Shown one piece after another: positions 9,300 to 20,168 of a stretch of 64,000 nucleotides of DNA. Made by a program: the position numbers and the translations under genes. A model generated the notes under the pieces. The model did not search any database, was not told the DNA's origin, and saw only the letters and a list, made by a program, of their open reading frames with translations. This DNA comes from Escherichia phage vB_EcoM_OE5505. The first letter of the stretch is position 1. The number at the start of each line of letters is the position of its first letter. The DNA is taken from the sequence record NC_054926.1, one strand, 5' to 3'.

Positions 9300-10619
9300 T
9301 CACACATAAAACACATCATAACGACCACGGGTAACACCAACATAAAGAAGCTGCTGAGCTAGTTCAGCATCTGCATAATGAATACAAGGCGTATAAATGA
9401 AAGCACGGTCTACAGACATACCCTGAGCTTTATGGAATGTTGATGCAGGAAGTGCTTTCACTTTACTAAACTGTGATTTAGCATCCCAAAAATCACTCCA
9501 CGGAGCTTTTCCACCTTTATTCCAATTTTTATAAGTTTCTGCCGTTTTACCTAAAAATAAGTTAAACTTATACAGCTCTTCATCAGATGAAATTATTTTA
9601 ATCTTTTCACGATAATATTCATCATCGCCGTAAGTTTCTACTGTTAAATCCCAATGACGAATTAGATATTCTCCAGAAACACCGCGAGCTTTAACAAATG
9701 TTGATGTATACTCTGCTTCTATAATACGAACTAATTGTCCGTTATTAAAAATAATTTCTGACACAGGCTTTCCATCAATTTTATATGTTTTAATTAATGG
9801 TTCCTGCATTACAATAATTTCACCAACGATAAAATCTTTATCAGTTTCAAAAATCTTTTTGCGAATAATGCTATTTAACTTATCAACAGATTTATTTGTA
9901 AATGCCATTACGCGATTTTCAAACAAATCGTCTAGTGATTTTACGATTGAAAAATAATTTACCATAAAATCGCGTAAAGCGGTATCACCAGTAAATCCAC
10001 GTACTCCATGGCCGTCAACAACTTTATCATAAATCCACTTACCGTTGCGAACATCAGTAGCTACATCAATAATAGGAGCATTACTGCGTTTAACTTCAGT
10101 GAGTTCACACTGATAAAAATCTTTATGTGTAAAGAATGGACTGATATAAGCAGTATTTTCTCCTGGGTCAACAGGTCTAATTTGCTTATTATCACCTATT
10201 CCAATTATAGTACACCACGGCGGGATAGTTGAAAGCAGAATTTTAAATAGCTTTCTATCATACATTGACACTTCATCGCAGATTAATACCCTGCATTTAG
10301 CTAAATCTGGTACTTCCTTCTGCTCAAAGAGGACATTTTCTTCATATGTTACAGGGTTAATTTTAAGAATACTATGAATAGTACTTGCTTCTTTCCCTGA
10401 TAGTTTTGAAAGAATCTTTTTAGCTGCATGAGTAGGAGCTGCTAAAATAATACCAGTTTCACCCGTAGATATTAAAGCTTCAATGATGAACTTAGTAAGA
10501 GTAGTCTTACCGGTACCGGCAGGTCCATTAATAGTTACATGATGTTTCTTTTCTTTAATAGCCTTCATAACAATGTTAAAGGCATTTTTCTGGTCTTCGG
10601 TCAAATCATCAAATGTCAT
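9300..10619 (-). CDS. dda: Dda DNA helicase (SF1, 439 aa)
   Basis: Walker A GPAGTGKTT; size matches T4 Dda. Confidence 0.9.
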   Translation of the reverse strand: MTFDDLTEDQKNAFNIVMKAIKEKKHHVTINGPAGTGKTTLTKFIIEALISTGETGIILAAPTHAAKKILSKLSGKEASTIHSILKINPVTYEENVLFEQKEVPDLAKCRVLICDEVSMYDRKLFKILLSTIPPWCTIIGIGDNKQIRPVDPGENTAYISPFFTHKDFYQCELTEVKRSNAPIIDVATDVRNGKWIYDKVVDGHGVRGFTGDTALRDFMVNYFSIVKSLDDLFENRVMAFTNKSVDKLNSIIRKKIFETDKDFIVGEIIVMQEPLIKTYKIDGKPVSEIIFNNGQLVRIIEAEYTSTFVKARGVSGEYLIRHWDLTVETYGDDEYYREKIKIISSDEELYKFNLFLGKTAETYKNWNKGGKAPWSDFWDAKSQFSKVKALPASTFHKAQGMSVDRAFIYTPCIHYADAELAQQLLYVGVTRGRYDVFYV

Positions 10620-10927
10620 CGTAAATTCCCTGCAATTGGTATACTAACAATACGCCCAGTATCTAAAATTCGCTGATATAATCTTTGCGTGTCTACGTCA
10701 GGCTTAACATGTTTAACTTCTATTTTATTAAACCAAAATTTACGTGGAGTCTCAACTAATCTTGGAATTCCTTTACCTAAAGCTAGTCGATACTGCTCTT
10801 TAAGAGTGGTAAATACTTTATCAGCAATCTTCCATTCAAAAAATACAGCAGGACGATGTTCATCAAGTGGAACTGGCGCCGTAAATCCGTCTTTGTCTCG
10901 GTAAACTATCGCATATACATAAACCAT
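10616..10927 (-). CDS. hypothetical protein (103 aa), dda.1 position
   Basis: ORF overlapping dda start. Confidence 0.5.
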   Translation of the reverse strand: MVYVYAIVYRDKDGFTAPVPLDEHRPAVFFEWKIADKVFTTLKEQYRLALGKGIPRLVETPRKFWFNKIEVKHVKPDVDTQRLYQRILDTGRIVSIPIAGNLR

Positions 10928-10928
10928 A

Positions 10929-11675
10929 TTATCCTCGGATAAGTTTAAAAATTGAACAATTTAGCGGGTATCCTCTTTTCAGTTTAAGTTTATCAATAAA
11001 AGACAAATTTTGATACCGCTCTACACCTTGAATAATTTTATCACACATATCATATTGCATTTCTGCTTCTGACAACTTTTTCACAATTTTCCAATCCGAG
11101 CCTTTAAGAAGAACGTTCAGTTTAACAACTTCAGCGCCTTCTGCTATGCGAGAACCATCAATACGAGCTTTAAGTGCTATAATCCTTAGCTTAATGTCAG
11201 AGGTCTGTTTTGATTTAGAAAGCTGAGAAATGTGTTCAATTCGGTTTTCACGTTTTTTCTGTATAGCTTTAATTTGATTATAAGTCTTTTTGATTTTAGC
11301 CCATTTCTTTTCATCTAAATTTAGTTTATGAACTTTTTTCGCAGATGAACGACCAATTCGCAAAGCAAATAAATCACGCTTTTCAATCAACTCTTCTAAA
11401 GTATAATCAGAACGAAATGTATTATACTTTTTCTTTACTGCAATAACATTCCCTTTAATGTATCCAACGTTATTATCAAAACGTTCTAATGATAATTTCT
11501 CTCCTTCAACACGATTATCAAAAGGTTCTCCCGAGTAAGCACAAACTTTTTGATCTAAAATGTTCTTAATGTAATTGAAGTCTAAGTTAAAATCTTTAGA
11601 ACGTCTTTTTGCAGATGCCTGAGTATGCTCTAAACGACGTTTAATTTTACGAATTTGGTTATTAGACAGTTTCAT
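10929..11675 (-). CDS. srd: Srd-like protein (248 aa), basic
   Basis: Size and position upstream of dda as in T4. Confidence 0.5.
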   Translation of the reverse strand: MKLSNNQIRKIKRRLEHTQASAKRRSKDFNLDFNYIKNILDQKVCAYSGEPFDNRVEGEKLSLERFDNNVGYIKGNVIAVKKKYNTFRSDYTLEELIEKRDLFALRIGRSSAKKVHKLNLDEKKWAKIKKTYNQIKAIQKKRENRIEHISQLSKSKQTSDIKLRIIALKARIDGSRIAEGAEVVKLNVLLKGSDWKIVKKLSEAEMQYDMCDKIIQGVERYQNLSFIDKLKLKRGYPLNCSIFKLIRG

Positions 11676-11703
11676 ATTTTTCTCACGGACGGTTAACTTA
11701 CTT

Positions 11704-11735
11704 ATACTATATCATTTTTACTTCAGCTTGTAAAC
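11704..11735 (-). promoter_or_regulatory. T4-type early promoter upstream of srd
   Basis: GTTTAC 11730-11735 and TATAGTATA -10 region. Confidence 0.45.
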
Positions 11736-11791
11736 AACTTTATGTAAAATGCTTTAAAACTTTCGTGGTATAATGAATCTAAGTCCTTCCA

Positions 11792-12394
11792 TTATAGATT
11801 AAATCCTTCAAAATCAAGAGTATAGATAGTGTATGTTGAATACTTTTTATACTCATATCTATCTGCAATTCTAAATACACTTCCAGCTGGTATCATTACT
11901 TCTTGTTCATCTGAAACTAATTCCATATTACGATAACGATGGCTATCCGGAAACTTAAAGTTTGGATTGTATTCTTTACAGCGTAGAGCTTTTATAGCAT
12001 ACTCCTGGAAATTGAATACCATAGGAGCTTTGAATTCAAAAATAACTTGTGTGTTATACTCTAAACCGGAAGCAAAATGTAGAGCTATATTTTTATCATA
12101 TGAAGCTGATACGACTTTATCAAATGTAATAATATCAATTCCTTGATTTAATACTTGCTTAGTCTCAGCTGGAACACCTCTCCAAAGAGGTTTATCGTTT
12201 GGTTCCAAACGAGATTTGATTATTTCATTTAACCAAGTATGGTCATCTGGTTTATTAGTAATACAATGAATTAAAAGTTCAATTTCAGATAAATTAAACC
12301 CTTCAGAAAGTAATTCTTCACGAATAGAAGCACGCACCGATGCATCCATTGATTTTATTTTAAAATCTTTTAGTTGCATTACTGAGTATTTCAT
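11792..12394 (-). CDS. modA: ADP-ribosyltransferase ModA (200 aa)
   Basis: R / S / ExE ART motif arrangement (LWRG, VVSAS, EQEVMIP); size and synteny. Confidence 0.75.
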   Translation of the reverse strand: MKYSVMQLKDFKIKSMDASVRASIREELLSEGFNLSEIELLIHCITNKPDDHTWLNEIIKSRLEPNDKPLWRGVPAETKQVLNQGIDIITFDKVVSASYDKNIALHFASGLEYNTQVIFEFKAPMVFNFQEYAIKALRCKEYNPNFKFPDSHRYRNMELVSDEQEVMIPAGSVFRIADRYEYKKYSTYTIYTLDFEGFNL

Positions 12395-13014
12395 TCAACT
12401 ACCTCAATATCATAAACTTTAAATGTTCCAAATGAATCGTGTAATTTTTCTTTTGAAATAGAAGTTATTCTATACTTTCCAATTGGAATCATCCATTCTT
12501 GTTCACGCACAATCATCATTAAGTTATCAGTACGCTCTGAATCTAGCCCATCAGTATCTTCATACGTGTACTTAAACTCAGTATTAGGAGAAGAAAGTAT
12601 AATATCGCTGATATGGTCAGAATAATTAAAAGCTTTATCAGTTTTTAAGCGAAATATTATTTCAGTGAAATACTCAACATAAGAAAAACCACATGCTGTG
12701 TGCAAACTAGTAGTAAATGAATCTACTCTGTTCGTTGAAAACACTTCTCCGACTTGTAAATCTTTAATGAGTTCTTCTGTTGATTTTGATATACCACGAT
12801 ATAACTGATAAGGTGATTTAGTTAAATGCTTTTTAACGATTTTATTCAACTGCCGATGAAGAGCTTCATTCTTTTTGGCTTCCATACACTGCCAAAGAAC
12901 TGACTGTTCAAAGTCAGTAAATTTTTCACAGACTTTTTTATACATATCATATTGAAAATCAACGCTTTCAGCTTTTATAGATAACTGTTCAACATCTGCA
13001 AGATTAATAATCAT
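12391..13014 (-). CDS. modB: ADP-ribosyltransferase ModB (207 aa)
   Basis: LYRG, STN, EQEWMIP motifs; paralog of ModA. Confidence 0.75.
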   Translation of the reverse strand: MIINLADVEQLSIKAESVDFQYDMYKKVCEKFTDFEQSVLWQCMEAKKNEALHRQLNKIVKKHLTKSPYQLYRGISKSTEELIKDLQVGEVFSTNRVDSFTTSLHTACGFSYVEYFTEIIFRLKTDKAFNYSDHISDIILSSPNTEFKYTYEDTDGLDSERTDNLMMIVREQEWMIPIGKYRITSISKEKLHDSFGTFKVYDIEVVE

Positions 13015-13040
13015 GATAGCCTCCGTATACTTCAGAAGCT

Positions 13041-13070
13041 ATCATATCATCGTTAGAAAGGAAAGTAAAC
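13041..13070 (-). promoter_or_regulatory. T4-type early promoter upstream of modB
   Basis: GTTTAC 13065-13070, TATGAT -10. Confidence 0.45.
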
Positions 13071-13081
13071 AACTTTTTGAA

Positions 13082-13264
13082 TTATTTTGCCCAGGGAGCC
13101 CAAGGCGGAGGGTCAAGATGGTATGAAGCTAGTTCTTCTAGAAGAGCATCTGGGGCTTCAATTCCATAATTCTGTAATACTATACGGTACTCTTTCTTAT
13201 AATCACTAGAATCATTCTGGTTATTCGTAGAATGATTATCTTCTAACATCTCAAATAAATCCAT
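13082..13264 (-). CDS. hypothetical protein (60 aa)
   Basis: ORF. Confidence 0.45.
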   Translation of the reverse strand: MDLFEMLEDNHSTNNQNDSSDYKKEYRIVLQNYGIEAPDALLEELASYHLDPPPWAPWAK

Positions 13265-13272
13265 ATTAATTC

Positions 13273-13743
13273 CTAGCGATAAAAACCAAATTGACGATTA
13301 GCTTCAATAATCTTTCTTTCTTCTTCGGACATTCTCCAGCGTAGTCCAACGTCAAAATGAGCCCAGACCATCTTAACAAATGCATTTATATCTTTAATAT
13401 CTTCAATAATGAATGTTTTACTTTTCGAAGGTTGACTCGCTAATTTAACTTTATCATCTTCAAACAGGTCAAAAAGACCATATTCATGAGCTCTTTTATA
13501 GCCTTTAATAGTTAAAGCTTCAGAAGAAGAAAACGGTGAATCAGTATTCTGCAAAATATCTTCAGTATGCTTTATAATTAGAATAATATTTTCTGGATAT
13601 TTTCTTTCTTTTATATCTTTAATTAAAAAATCCGGATTTTCTGCTAAAGGAATAATTAATGAGCATTTTTTATCAAGTGTATTTACTGATTTACCTTCTT
13701 TAGACATAAATTCTATTGAATAATGTTTTGCTACTTCAATCAT
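13273..13743 (-). CDS. hypothetical protein (156 aa)
   Basis: ORF. Confidence 0.5.
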   Translation of the reverse strand: MIEVAKHYSIEFMSKEGKSVNTLDKKCSLIIPLAENPDFLIKDIKERKYPENIILIIKHTEDILQNTDSPFSSSEALTIKGYKRAHEYGLFDLFEDDKVKLASQPSKSKTFIIEDIKDINAFVKMVWAHFDVGLRWRMSEEERKIIEANRQFGFYR

Positions 13744-13896
13744 GTGATTTCCTTTTGCCTACTAATGGACCATCGGGAATTTTGTTTTCCTGGATATATT
13801 TCTCATTTTCTTCCATCATTTTACTGCCAATTTTAAGAAGCAAATCCAGTGCTTCATTTGCTTTAGCTTTAGCCTCTTCCAGCGTCATATCTTTGT

Positions 13897-14100
13897 TCAC
13901 GATTTATCCCCATAGATGTCTCTCATCAATTTAAGCGCTGAGCGTTCTAATTTCTTTTCTTTCTCAGCACTAATCATTGATTTCATCCATTCTTCCGATT
14001 CGTTCTGCATTTCTTTATTTGCTTGTTCAACCCAGCCATCATCAATATACATTGAGTTTGGTCTATTGAACCATTCAAGAATCTTCTTGAGAGCTTTCAT
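13897..14100 (-). CDS. hypothetical protein (67 aa)
   Basis: ORF. Confidence 0.45.
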   Translation of the reverse strand: MKALKKILEWFNRPNSMYIDDGWVEQANKEMQNESEEWMKSMISAEKEKKLERSALKLMRDIYGDKS

Positions 14101-14572
14101 TTATTTTACCTAAAACAATAGTAGGAGCATCGTCAAATTTATGAATTTTTAGTAAATTTGGATTTAACTTATTCCATAAAGAGGTAATAAAATATGATAG
14201 CGCACTTTCGTCCGTAATTATAAATTTATTTCCTTTATCTATTTTCCAATCATATATTGAATCATATGAATAGAAGGATAACGGTTTATTATTATAATAT
14301 GCTTCACTAACATCAATATAGTTAGATTTAGTAAATGCTTGAATTGCCATAAATGGAGAATTTTGTACAGTTTCAATAATTCCGATCTTTTTAAGTTTTA
14401 TTTCAACATCTTCTGGAATTGGCATTGAAATAAAATCTTCTACTAGATACATGTTATTGTCATATCTTTTATCAATCATTACTGCTACGGTAATTGGAAC
14501 ATCCTTGACAAACGCCATACTAATACTATTGATAGACATTTCAAACAAAATTGCTTCCATAATTTTCCTCAA
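14075..14572 (-). CDS. hypothetical protein (165 aa)
   Basis: ORF. Confidence 0.5.
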   Translation of the reverse strand: MRKIMEAILFEMSINSISMAFVKDVPITVAVMIDKRYDNNMYLVEDFISMPIPEDVEIKLKKIGIIETVQNSPFMAIQAFTKSNYIDVSEAYYNNKPLSFYSYDSIYDWKIDKGNKFIITDESALSYFITSLWNKLNPNLLKIHKFDDAPTIVLGKINESSQEDS

Positions 14573-14910
14573 TCACAAGATGTAGATGAACAACTAGAAT
14601 CACAAGAACTTCCACATGAATCGCCCGTCCATACATGAACAGGAACATTTGTATCATATGAATCAGAACTAGACTGTGTATTCTGTGTGTTAGATGATGT
14701 AGTAGGTGTTGACCAGCGCCAAGGATTTTTATAATATTCTTGGGCTTCTTCATAAGTCATAGTAACTGCTTCTACTGTTCCATCTCCCATATAAACATAC
14801 TCAACTACAGTTAAAGGAAGGTAGTCATTTGAAATAGGAACTACACCTTCTCCAGGAGTCGTAGAGAAAAAATCTGTAAAGAAATTTTTAAACCAATTAA
14901 AGATAAACAT
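14569..14910 (-). CDS. hypothetical protein (113 aa) with hydrophobic N-terminus and Ser/Thr/Cys-rich C-terminal tail ([15 protein letters not shown])
   Basis: ORF; low-complexity tail read directly from sequence. Confidence 0.5.
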   Translation of the reverse strand: MFIFNWFKNFFTDFFSTTPGEGVVPISNDYLPLTVVEYVYMGDGTVEAVTMTYEEAQEYYKNPWRWSTPTTSSNTQNTQSSSDSYDTNVPVHVWTGDSCGSSCDSSCSSTSCD

Positions 14911-15116
14911 TACAAAAAGCCTCTTTTGAATTCGACCTGCTTCTCACCATAATCATATCGAATCTCTGCGTTAAATTCAACAGAACCATCTGCGTACATC
15001 ATAAATGAATGCACAACAACTTCTGTAGACCATGGTTGCAATTCATATTTCTTCATTACATGCCGTGAAATGATAATATCTAAATCTTCATTTGGTTTAA
15101 TCCAACGATTTAACAT
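14910..15116 (-). CDS. hypothetical protein (68 aa)
   Basis: ORF preceded by early promoter. Confidence 0.5.
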   Translation of the reverse strand: MLNRWIKPNEDLDIIISRHVMKKYELQPWSTEVVVHSFMMYADGSVEFNAEIRYDYGEKQVEFKRGFL

Positions 15117-15142
15117 AGTGCTCTCCTCTATAAGATAATTCT

Positions 15143-15172
15143 ATTATACCATACTCATTTTGATATGTAAAC
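15143..15172 (-). promoter_or_regulatory. T4-type early promoter
   Basis: GTTTAC 15167-15172, TGGTATAAT 15143-15151. Confidence 0.6.
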
Positions 15173-15187
15173 CATTTAAATGAAAAA

Positions 15188-15207
15188 AGGACTCCTTCGG
15201 GAGTCCT
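15188..15207 (-). terminator. tetraloop hairpin terminator downstream of soc
   Basis: aggactcc-ttcg-ggagtcct perfect 8-bp stem. Confidence 0.6.
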
Positions 15208-15212
15208 TGAAT

Positions 15213-15458
15213 TTATTCACCAGTTACTTTCCACAAATCTTCATTTGCAGCAATCCATTCAGTACGTTGATTTTCTTCATATACTGTAGAATATGCTGCT
15301 TTTTCTGAAGGGAACGTCTGGTAATGAGCACCAGAAATTTTGTGAACATCAGAATAAAGAGGGAAAGCTACTGAAATTTCCTTTCCTTCAATTTTCTTAT
15401 TTCCATCTAATTTCTGCTCAAATGTTTTGATATTAACATAACCGCGAGTACTAGCCAT
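15213..15458 (-). CDS. soc: small outer capsid protein Soc (81 aa)
   Basis: N-terminus MASTRGYVNIKTF... matches T4 Soc as recalled. Confidence 0.9.
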   Translation of the reverse strand: MASTRGYVNIKTFEQKLDGNKKIEGKEISVAFPLYSDVHKISGAHYQTFPSEKAAYSTVYEENQRTEWIAANEDLWKVTGE

Positions 15459-15487
15459 GTAATTCTCCTTTTATTTAAATTACATGA

Positions 15488-15495
15488 TTATTTAT
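15488..15495 (-). promoter_or_regulatory. T4 late promoter core TATAAATA upstream of soc
   Basis: plus-strand tatttata = minus TATAAATA about 30 bp upstream of soc start. Confidence 0.5.
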
Positions 15496-15540
15496 AATAA
15501 TTCTCACGGCTTTTAAGTCGTCGTTTAAATAAACGAGCTA

Positions 15541-16059
15541 TTAATAACCTCGGTCTTGACGTGCGAAATTTTCAGCATTTTTCAGGTAATAAAGTTTAAA
15601 GATTTCTTCAGCCGTAAGACCAAGACCTTGGAACATGTTCAGAACAAAATGGAGAATATCAATCATTTCAAATTTAATTTCCAACTGGTCTTGTGGAGAC
15701 AAATCAGTAATCAAAGTTTCACGGCGTTCACCATGCTGCGACTTCCAAGGTTTCCATACAGCAGATGCATCTTTTTCGCCGTTGCTCATACCACCAAGAG
15801 AAGTCAAAAGTTCGCGAAATTCATCATCAATATAATCTTTCTGATTGCGCAGCCAATCAACAACTTCACCTGCAGTAGCCAAATCATCAGGATGACGGTT
15901 ATATTCAGGTTTATCTTTAGCTAAACGAACCTGCAAAGATTTCTGCATATCAAGCATAACCTGCAGCGGGTCTTTTTCATCACCAAGAATATCCCAGTAT
16001 TCATTTTGAGCTTTATCAGCGCCTTCGATCAGTTGACTACATTCGTTAAAGTAAGCCAT
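15541..16059 (-). CDS. 56: dCTP pyrophosphatase gp56 (MazG-like)
   Basis: Size and synteny; start taken at MAYFNEC (track ORF extends 5 codons further). Confidence 0.8.
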   Translation of the reverse strand: MAYFNECSQLIEGADKAQNEYWDILGDEKDPLQVMLDMQKSLQVRLAKDKPEYNRHPDDLATAGEVVDWLRNQKDYIDDEFRELLTSLGGMSNGEKDASAVWKPWKSQHGERRETLITDLSPQDQLEIKFEMIDILHFVLNMFQGLGLTAEEIFKLYYLKNAENFARQDRGY

Positions 16060-16119
16060 TATTTTTCCTTTCAATTCATTAATAAGTTAAATAATTATAT
16101 CATTTGATTATGTAAGCAA

Positions 16120-17459
<1,340 letters not shown>

Positions 17460-17483
17460 TATATCATCCTCAGCAATTTATTT

Positions 17484-17514
17484 TATAATACCATAACAAG
17501 CTGAGAAAGTAAAC
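17484..17514 (-). promoter_or_regulatory. T4-type early promoter for the 186-aa gene
   Basis: GTTTAC 17509-17514, TGGTATTATAA 17483-17493. Confidence 0.6.
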
Positions 17515-17558
17515 AAATTTATGAAATTTGTGATAAATATTAATTTAAAGGAGGACAC

Positions 17559-17750
17559 ATGGCACAAAAATTAATGGCACTTGTTGATGCCATAAAAGGT
17601 AATAAAAAACGTATAGCTTTTACTATTTCAGGAATTTTACTCTGGAACTTTATTTTATCACCCATTGCAATTGCACATGGTATTAATATTCCAGTAGTTA
17701 CTCTTGATACATTCGTAGATTTAGCATTTGCTTTAGTTGGGTTAATTTAA
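17559..17750 (+). CDS. small hydrophobic (membrane) protein, 63 aa, encoded on the opposite strand
   Basis: Strong SD AAAGGAGG 6 nt upstream of ATG; lies in a gap with no minus-strand ORF; stop overlaps stop of primase gene. Confidence 0.5.
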   Translation: MAQKLMALVDAIKGNKKRIAFTISGILLWNFILSPIAIAHGINIPVVTLDTFVDLAFALVGLI

Positions 17751-18775
17751 ATCTTAGCATATTTAGATAACCGCATTTTAGCCATTAACCCCTGGGCAAT
17801 ATTATTTTTCATATATTCCATAATTTGTTCAGGGGTTGCACCTTCCTTTCTAATCATATCATTAACATCTTTTGATTTCCAGGGAGATTTATCCCAAAAC
17901 ATAACCCTTTCTCCTGCATCAACTAATTTAGTCATTCGCTTAATAGTGTCAGGATGACGAGGTTCATTATCTAAAACCCACACGCGTCTATCTTTAAATG
18001 GAACAACTTCTAGGTCTAATTGACCACCCGTAATAGCTATACCATTTTCAATAAAAAGTGAATCTATAGGTCCTTCTAGAACATATACATCACCATCTTT
18101 AACTCGTTCGACTCCATATATTTTTGTTGCCTCAGGATAAGCTTTGATGGTGATATATTTTTGAGGAGCATCTTTCTTTAATGCACGTCCTTGAAAAGAC
18201 TCAGCTTTTCCGTTAGCATTATAAATTGGAATAACAAGACGAGGCTCAGGTGTTTCCTTTTTATATGTTCCTGGAGCTATACTATTAACTAATTTAGGCC
18301 ATTCGGTTGTAAACCAAAGATATTTCCATTTATCCTTTGGAATACAACGAGCTTTTACATATTTTATAATTGGATGGTCTTCCGCCAGTTTATCTAATCT
18401 AACACATGACGGAAGAGATTTAATTATTTTCTTCTCAGGATGTTTAGGAAGTTCTTTAGGTTTTTCTACTGGACGACTTTTACCTTTTTCTTTTCTTATT
18501 TCAAAGATATACTCACGATATAAATCAGGTTCAAACTCCTTTAAATATATTCCGATTGGCGCATGATAGTTACAGTTATAACAATGAATATTTCCTTCAT
18601 TATTATCACCATAATACCATCCACGCGCTTTATTTTGGTCGGTTTTTGAATCTCCACAAACTGGGCATCTAAACCGTAATTTAAAAGTTGAACTATTATT
18701 TACTTGTGTGAATTTAGGTAAATGAGCTAATGCACGATATGCAAACTCATTATCAATCCAAGCTATTGATGACAT
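17747..18775 (-). CDS. 61: DNA primase gp61 (342 aa)
   Basis: Zn-binding CPVCGDS...C..C motif, TOPRIM; size matches T4 gp61. Confidence 0.9.
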   Translation of the reverse strand: MSSIAWIDNEFAYRALAHLPKFTQVNNSSTFKLRFRCPVCGDSKTDQNKARGWYYGDNNEGNIHCYNCNYHAPIGIYLKEFEPDLYREYIFEIRKEKGKSRPVEKPKELPKHPEKKIIKSLPSCVRLDKLAEDHPIIKYVKARCIPKDKWKYLWFTTEWPKLVNSIAPGTYKKETPEPRLVIPIYNANGKAESFQGRALKKDAPQKYITIKAYPEATKIYGVERVKDGDVYVLEGPIDSLFIENGIAITGGQLDLEVVPFKDRRVWVLDNEPRHPDTIKRMTKLVDAGERVMFWDKSPWKSKDVNDMIRKEGATPEQIMEYMKNNIAQGLMAKMRLSKYAKI

Positions 18776-18778
18776 TCT

Positions 18779-18943
18779 TTACTCTTCTTTTTCTTTAGAT
18801 TCCTCTTTTTTCTTTTTAGGAATCTGTTCAGGACCTTTATTTACTACAGCACCTGATGTTGTTCCAGTAGAGATATTTTCAGGATTACCACCTGAATCTC
18901 CAGCAACCATATCTTCTTTAATAAATTCTTTATATGTTTTCAT
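18779..18943 (-). CDS. small hypothetical protein (54 aa), 61.1 position
   Basis: Hand-translated ORF below track cutoff. Confidence 0.4.
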   Translation of the reverse strand: MKTYKEFIKEDMVAGDSGGNPENISTGTTSGAVVNKGPEQIPKKKKEESKEKEE

Positions 18944-18944
18944 A

Positions 18945-19301
18945 TTAACCTCTATTCATAAAAGCATTAAAAATTTGGTCATCAATAGATGGAATAGCAA
19001 CCTTTTCGGCATCATTTAGCAAATCATTAATTTCATCAGATAGCATAACACATGTGCCTTTATTTCCTGTAATTGTTACTGCACAATTACGAACGTTTTC
19101 TTTATTAAATTTTAGGTTAATATTTTCGTAATGAAAATCCTTTAATGCTGAATATATTTTTAAAATAAAATTGTCTTTTACTACAATAAACCCAACCTCA
19201 CTATTAAAACGTGGTTCATGGAAACTGTAATAAACCTTTTCATCTATAAAATCGTATGAAATTTTTTCCATTTTTAAATATGAAAATTCAGAACTATACA
19301 T
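18945..19301 (-). CDS. hypothetical protein (118 aa), 61.2 position
   Basis: ORF. Confidence 0.5.
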   Translation of the reverse strand: MYSSEFSYLKMEKISYDFIDEKVYYSFHEPRFNSEVGFIVVKDNFILKIYSALKDFHYENINLKFNKENVRNCAVTITGNKGTCVMLSDEINDLLNDAEKVAIPSIDDQIFNAFMNRG

Positions 19302-19313
19302 ACTAACCTCTAA

Positions 19314-19607
19314 TTACTCACCTACCACTTCAGCGATGATATTTTTATTATTAAAGTTTTTATCGCAATACAGAACATAATTATACTGCATTACACCACC
19401 AGATTTAAGTTGTTTTTGCACTTCAGCTTTCATTTCAGGACGATCACGTTCAACGATATTCATAATATCCGCTTCAATTTGAATTTCAACTTCAGTCTGA
19501 TCTGCAGTCATAGACCATTCGCACAAATCTTTGTCATAACCCGCCATAGCAGGCTGAGCAGCGCAAGAAGATAAAGCAAAAATTGCAGCAAAGATAAATT
19601 TTTTCAT
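19314..19607 (-). CDS. sp: spackle-like periplasmic protein (97 aa, signal peptide)
   Basis: Signal peptide, size and position as T4 sp. Confidence 0.6.
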   Translation of the reverse strand: MKKFIFAAIFALSSCAAQPAMAGYDKDLCEWSMTADQTEVEIQIEADIMNIVERDRPEMKAEVQKQLKSGGVMQYNYVLYCDKNFNNKNIIAEVVGE

Positions 19608-19633
19608 GATAATCTCCTCAGTAGTTTATGTTT

Positions 19634-19665
19634 ATATAGTATCTCAATTTCCAATAAAAGTAAAC
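19634..19665 (-). promoter_or_regulatory. T4-type early promoter
   Basis: GTTTAC 19660-19665 with TACTATAT -10. Confidence 0.5.
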
Positions 19666-19667
19666 AG

Positions 19668-19967
19668 TTATTTTAAAACTTCTGCATAATCACATGTTAC
19701 AAACTGTTTCTCTAACTTGGCGATTTTACGAAAGTATCTTTTGCATTGACGAATCTGTCGCTTTGTAGGGCGCACAGCAAACTTAATAAATTCCACTCGA
19801 CCAAATGGAGGGCTTTCTTCTGCCGGAATATCTAATACTAATTCCCACGTATCTGCAATAAGTGCTTTGAATTGAGTATTTTTCCTGACATTATACGGAG
19901 TAGGTTTAAATAAAACGATATGCATATTATCCTCGGCAATCCACTTCACATACCTTCTTGTCATCAA
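19668..19967 (-). CDS. hypothetical protein (99 aa), 61.4 position
   Basis: ORF. Confidence 0.5.
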   Translation of the reverse strand: MMTRRYVKWIAEDNMHIVLFKPTPYNVRKNTQFKALIADTWELVLDIPAEESPPFGRVEFIKFAVRPTKRQIRQCKRYFRKIAKLEKQFVTCDYAEVLK

Positions 19968-20109
19968 TGAAAGCTTTAACTAGTGCTTTATTAACTTCAG
20001 CATATTGAGTAGTAGCCCATTGAACGTCATCTTTCATCATTGTGATCTCTTTAGTAAACATGCTTTTGTTCTTAAACCACCCCATAAAAACTACCTTTAC
20101 TAATTCCAT
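19927..20109 (-). CDS. dmd: Dmd antitoxin-like protein (60 aa)
   Basis: Sequence MELVKVVFMGWFKN... matches T4 Dmd as recalled; adjacent to gene 41. Confidence 0.75.
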   Translation of the reverse strand: MELVKVVFMGWFKNKSMFTKEITMMKDDVQWATTQYAEVNKALVKAFIDDKKVCEVDCRG

Positions 20110-20138
20110 AACAATCTCCTCATTTAACCAACAAGACT

Positions 20139-20168
20139 ACTATACCATAGTCTTGTCAGCTTGTAAAC
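20139..20168 (-). promoter_or_regulatory. T4-type early promoter upstream of dmd
   Basis: GTTTAC 20163-20168, TATGGTATAG -10. Confidence 0.55.

Noticed and set aside
11766-11774. Plus-strand TGGTATAAT that could be a rightward promoter -10
   Set aside because: No matching -35 and no downstream plus-strand ORF; likely chance match in AT-rich DNA.
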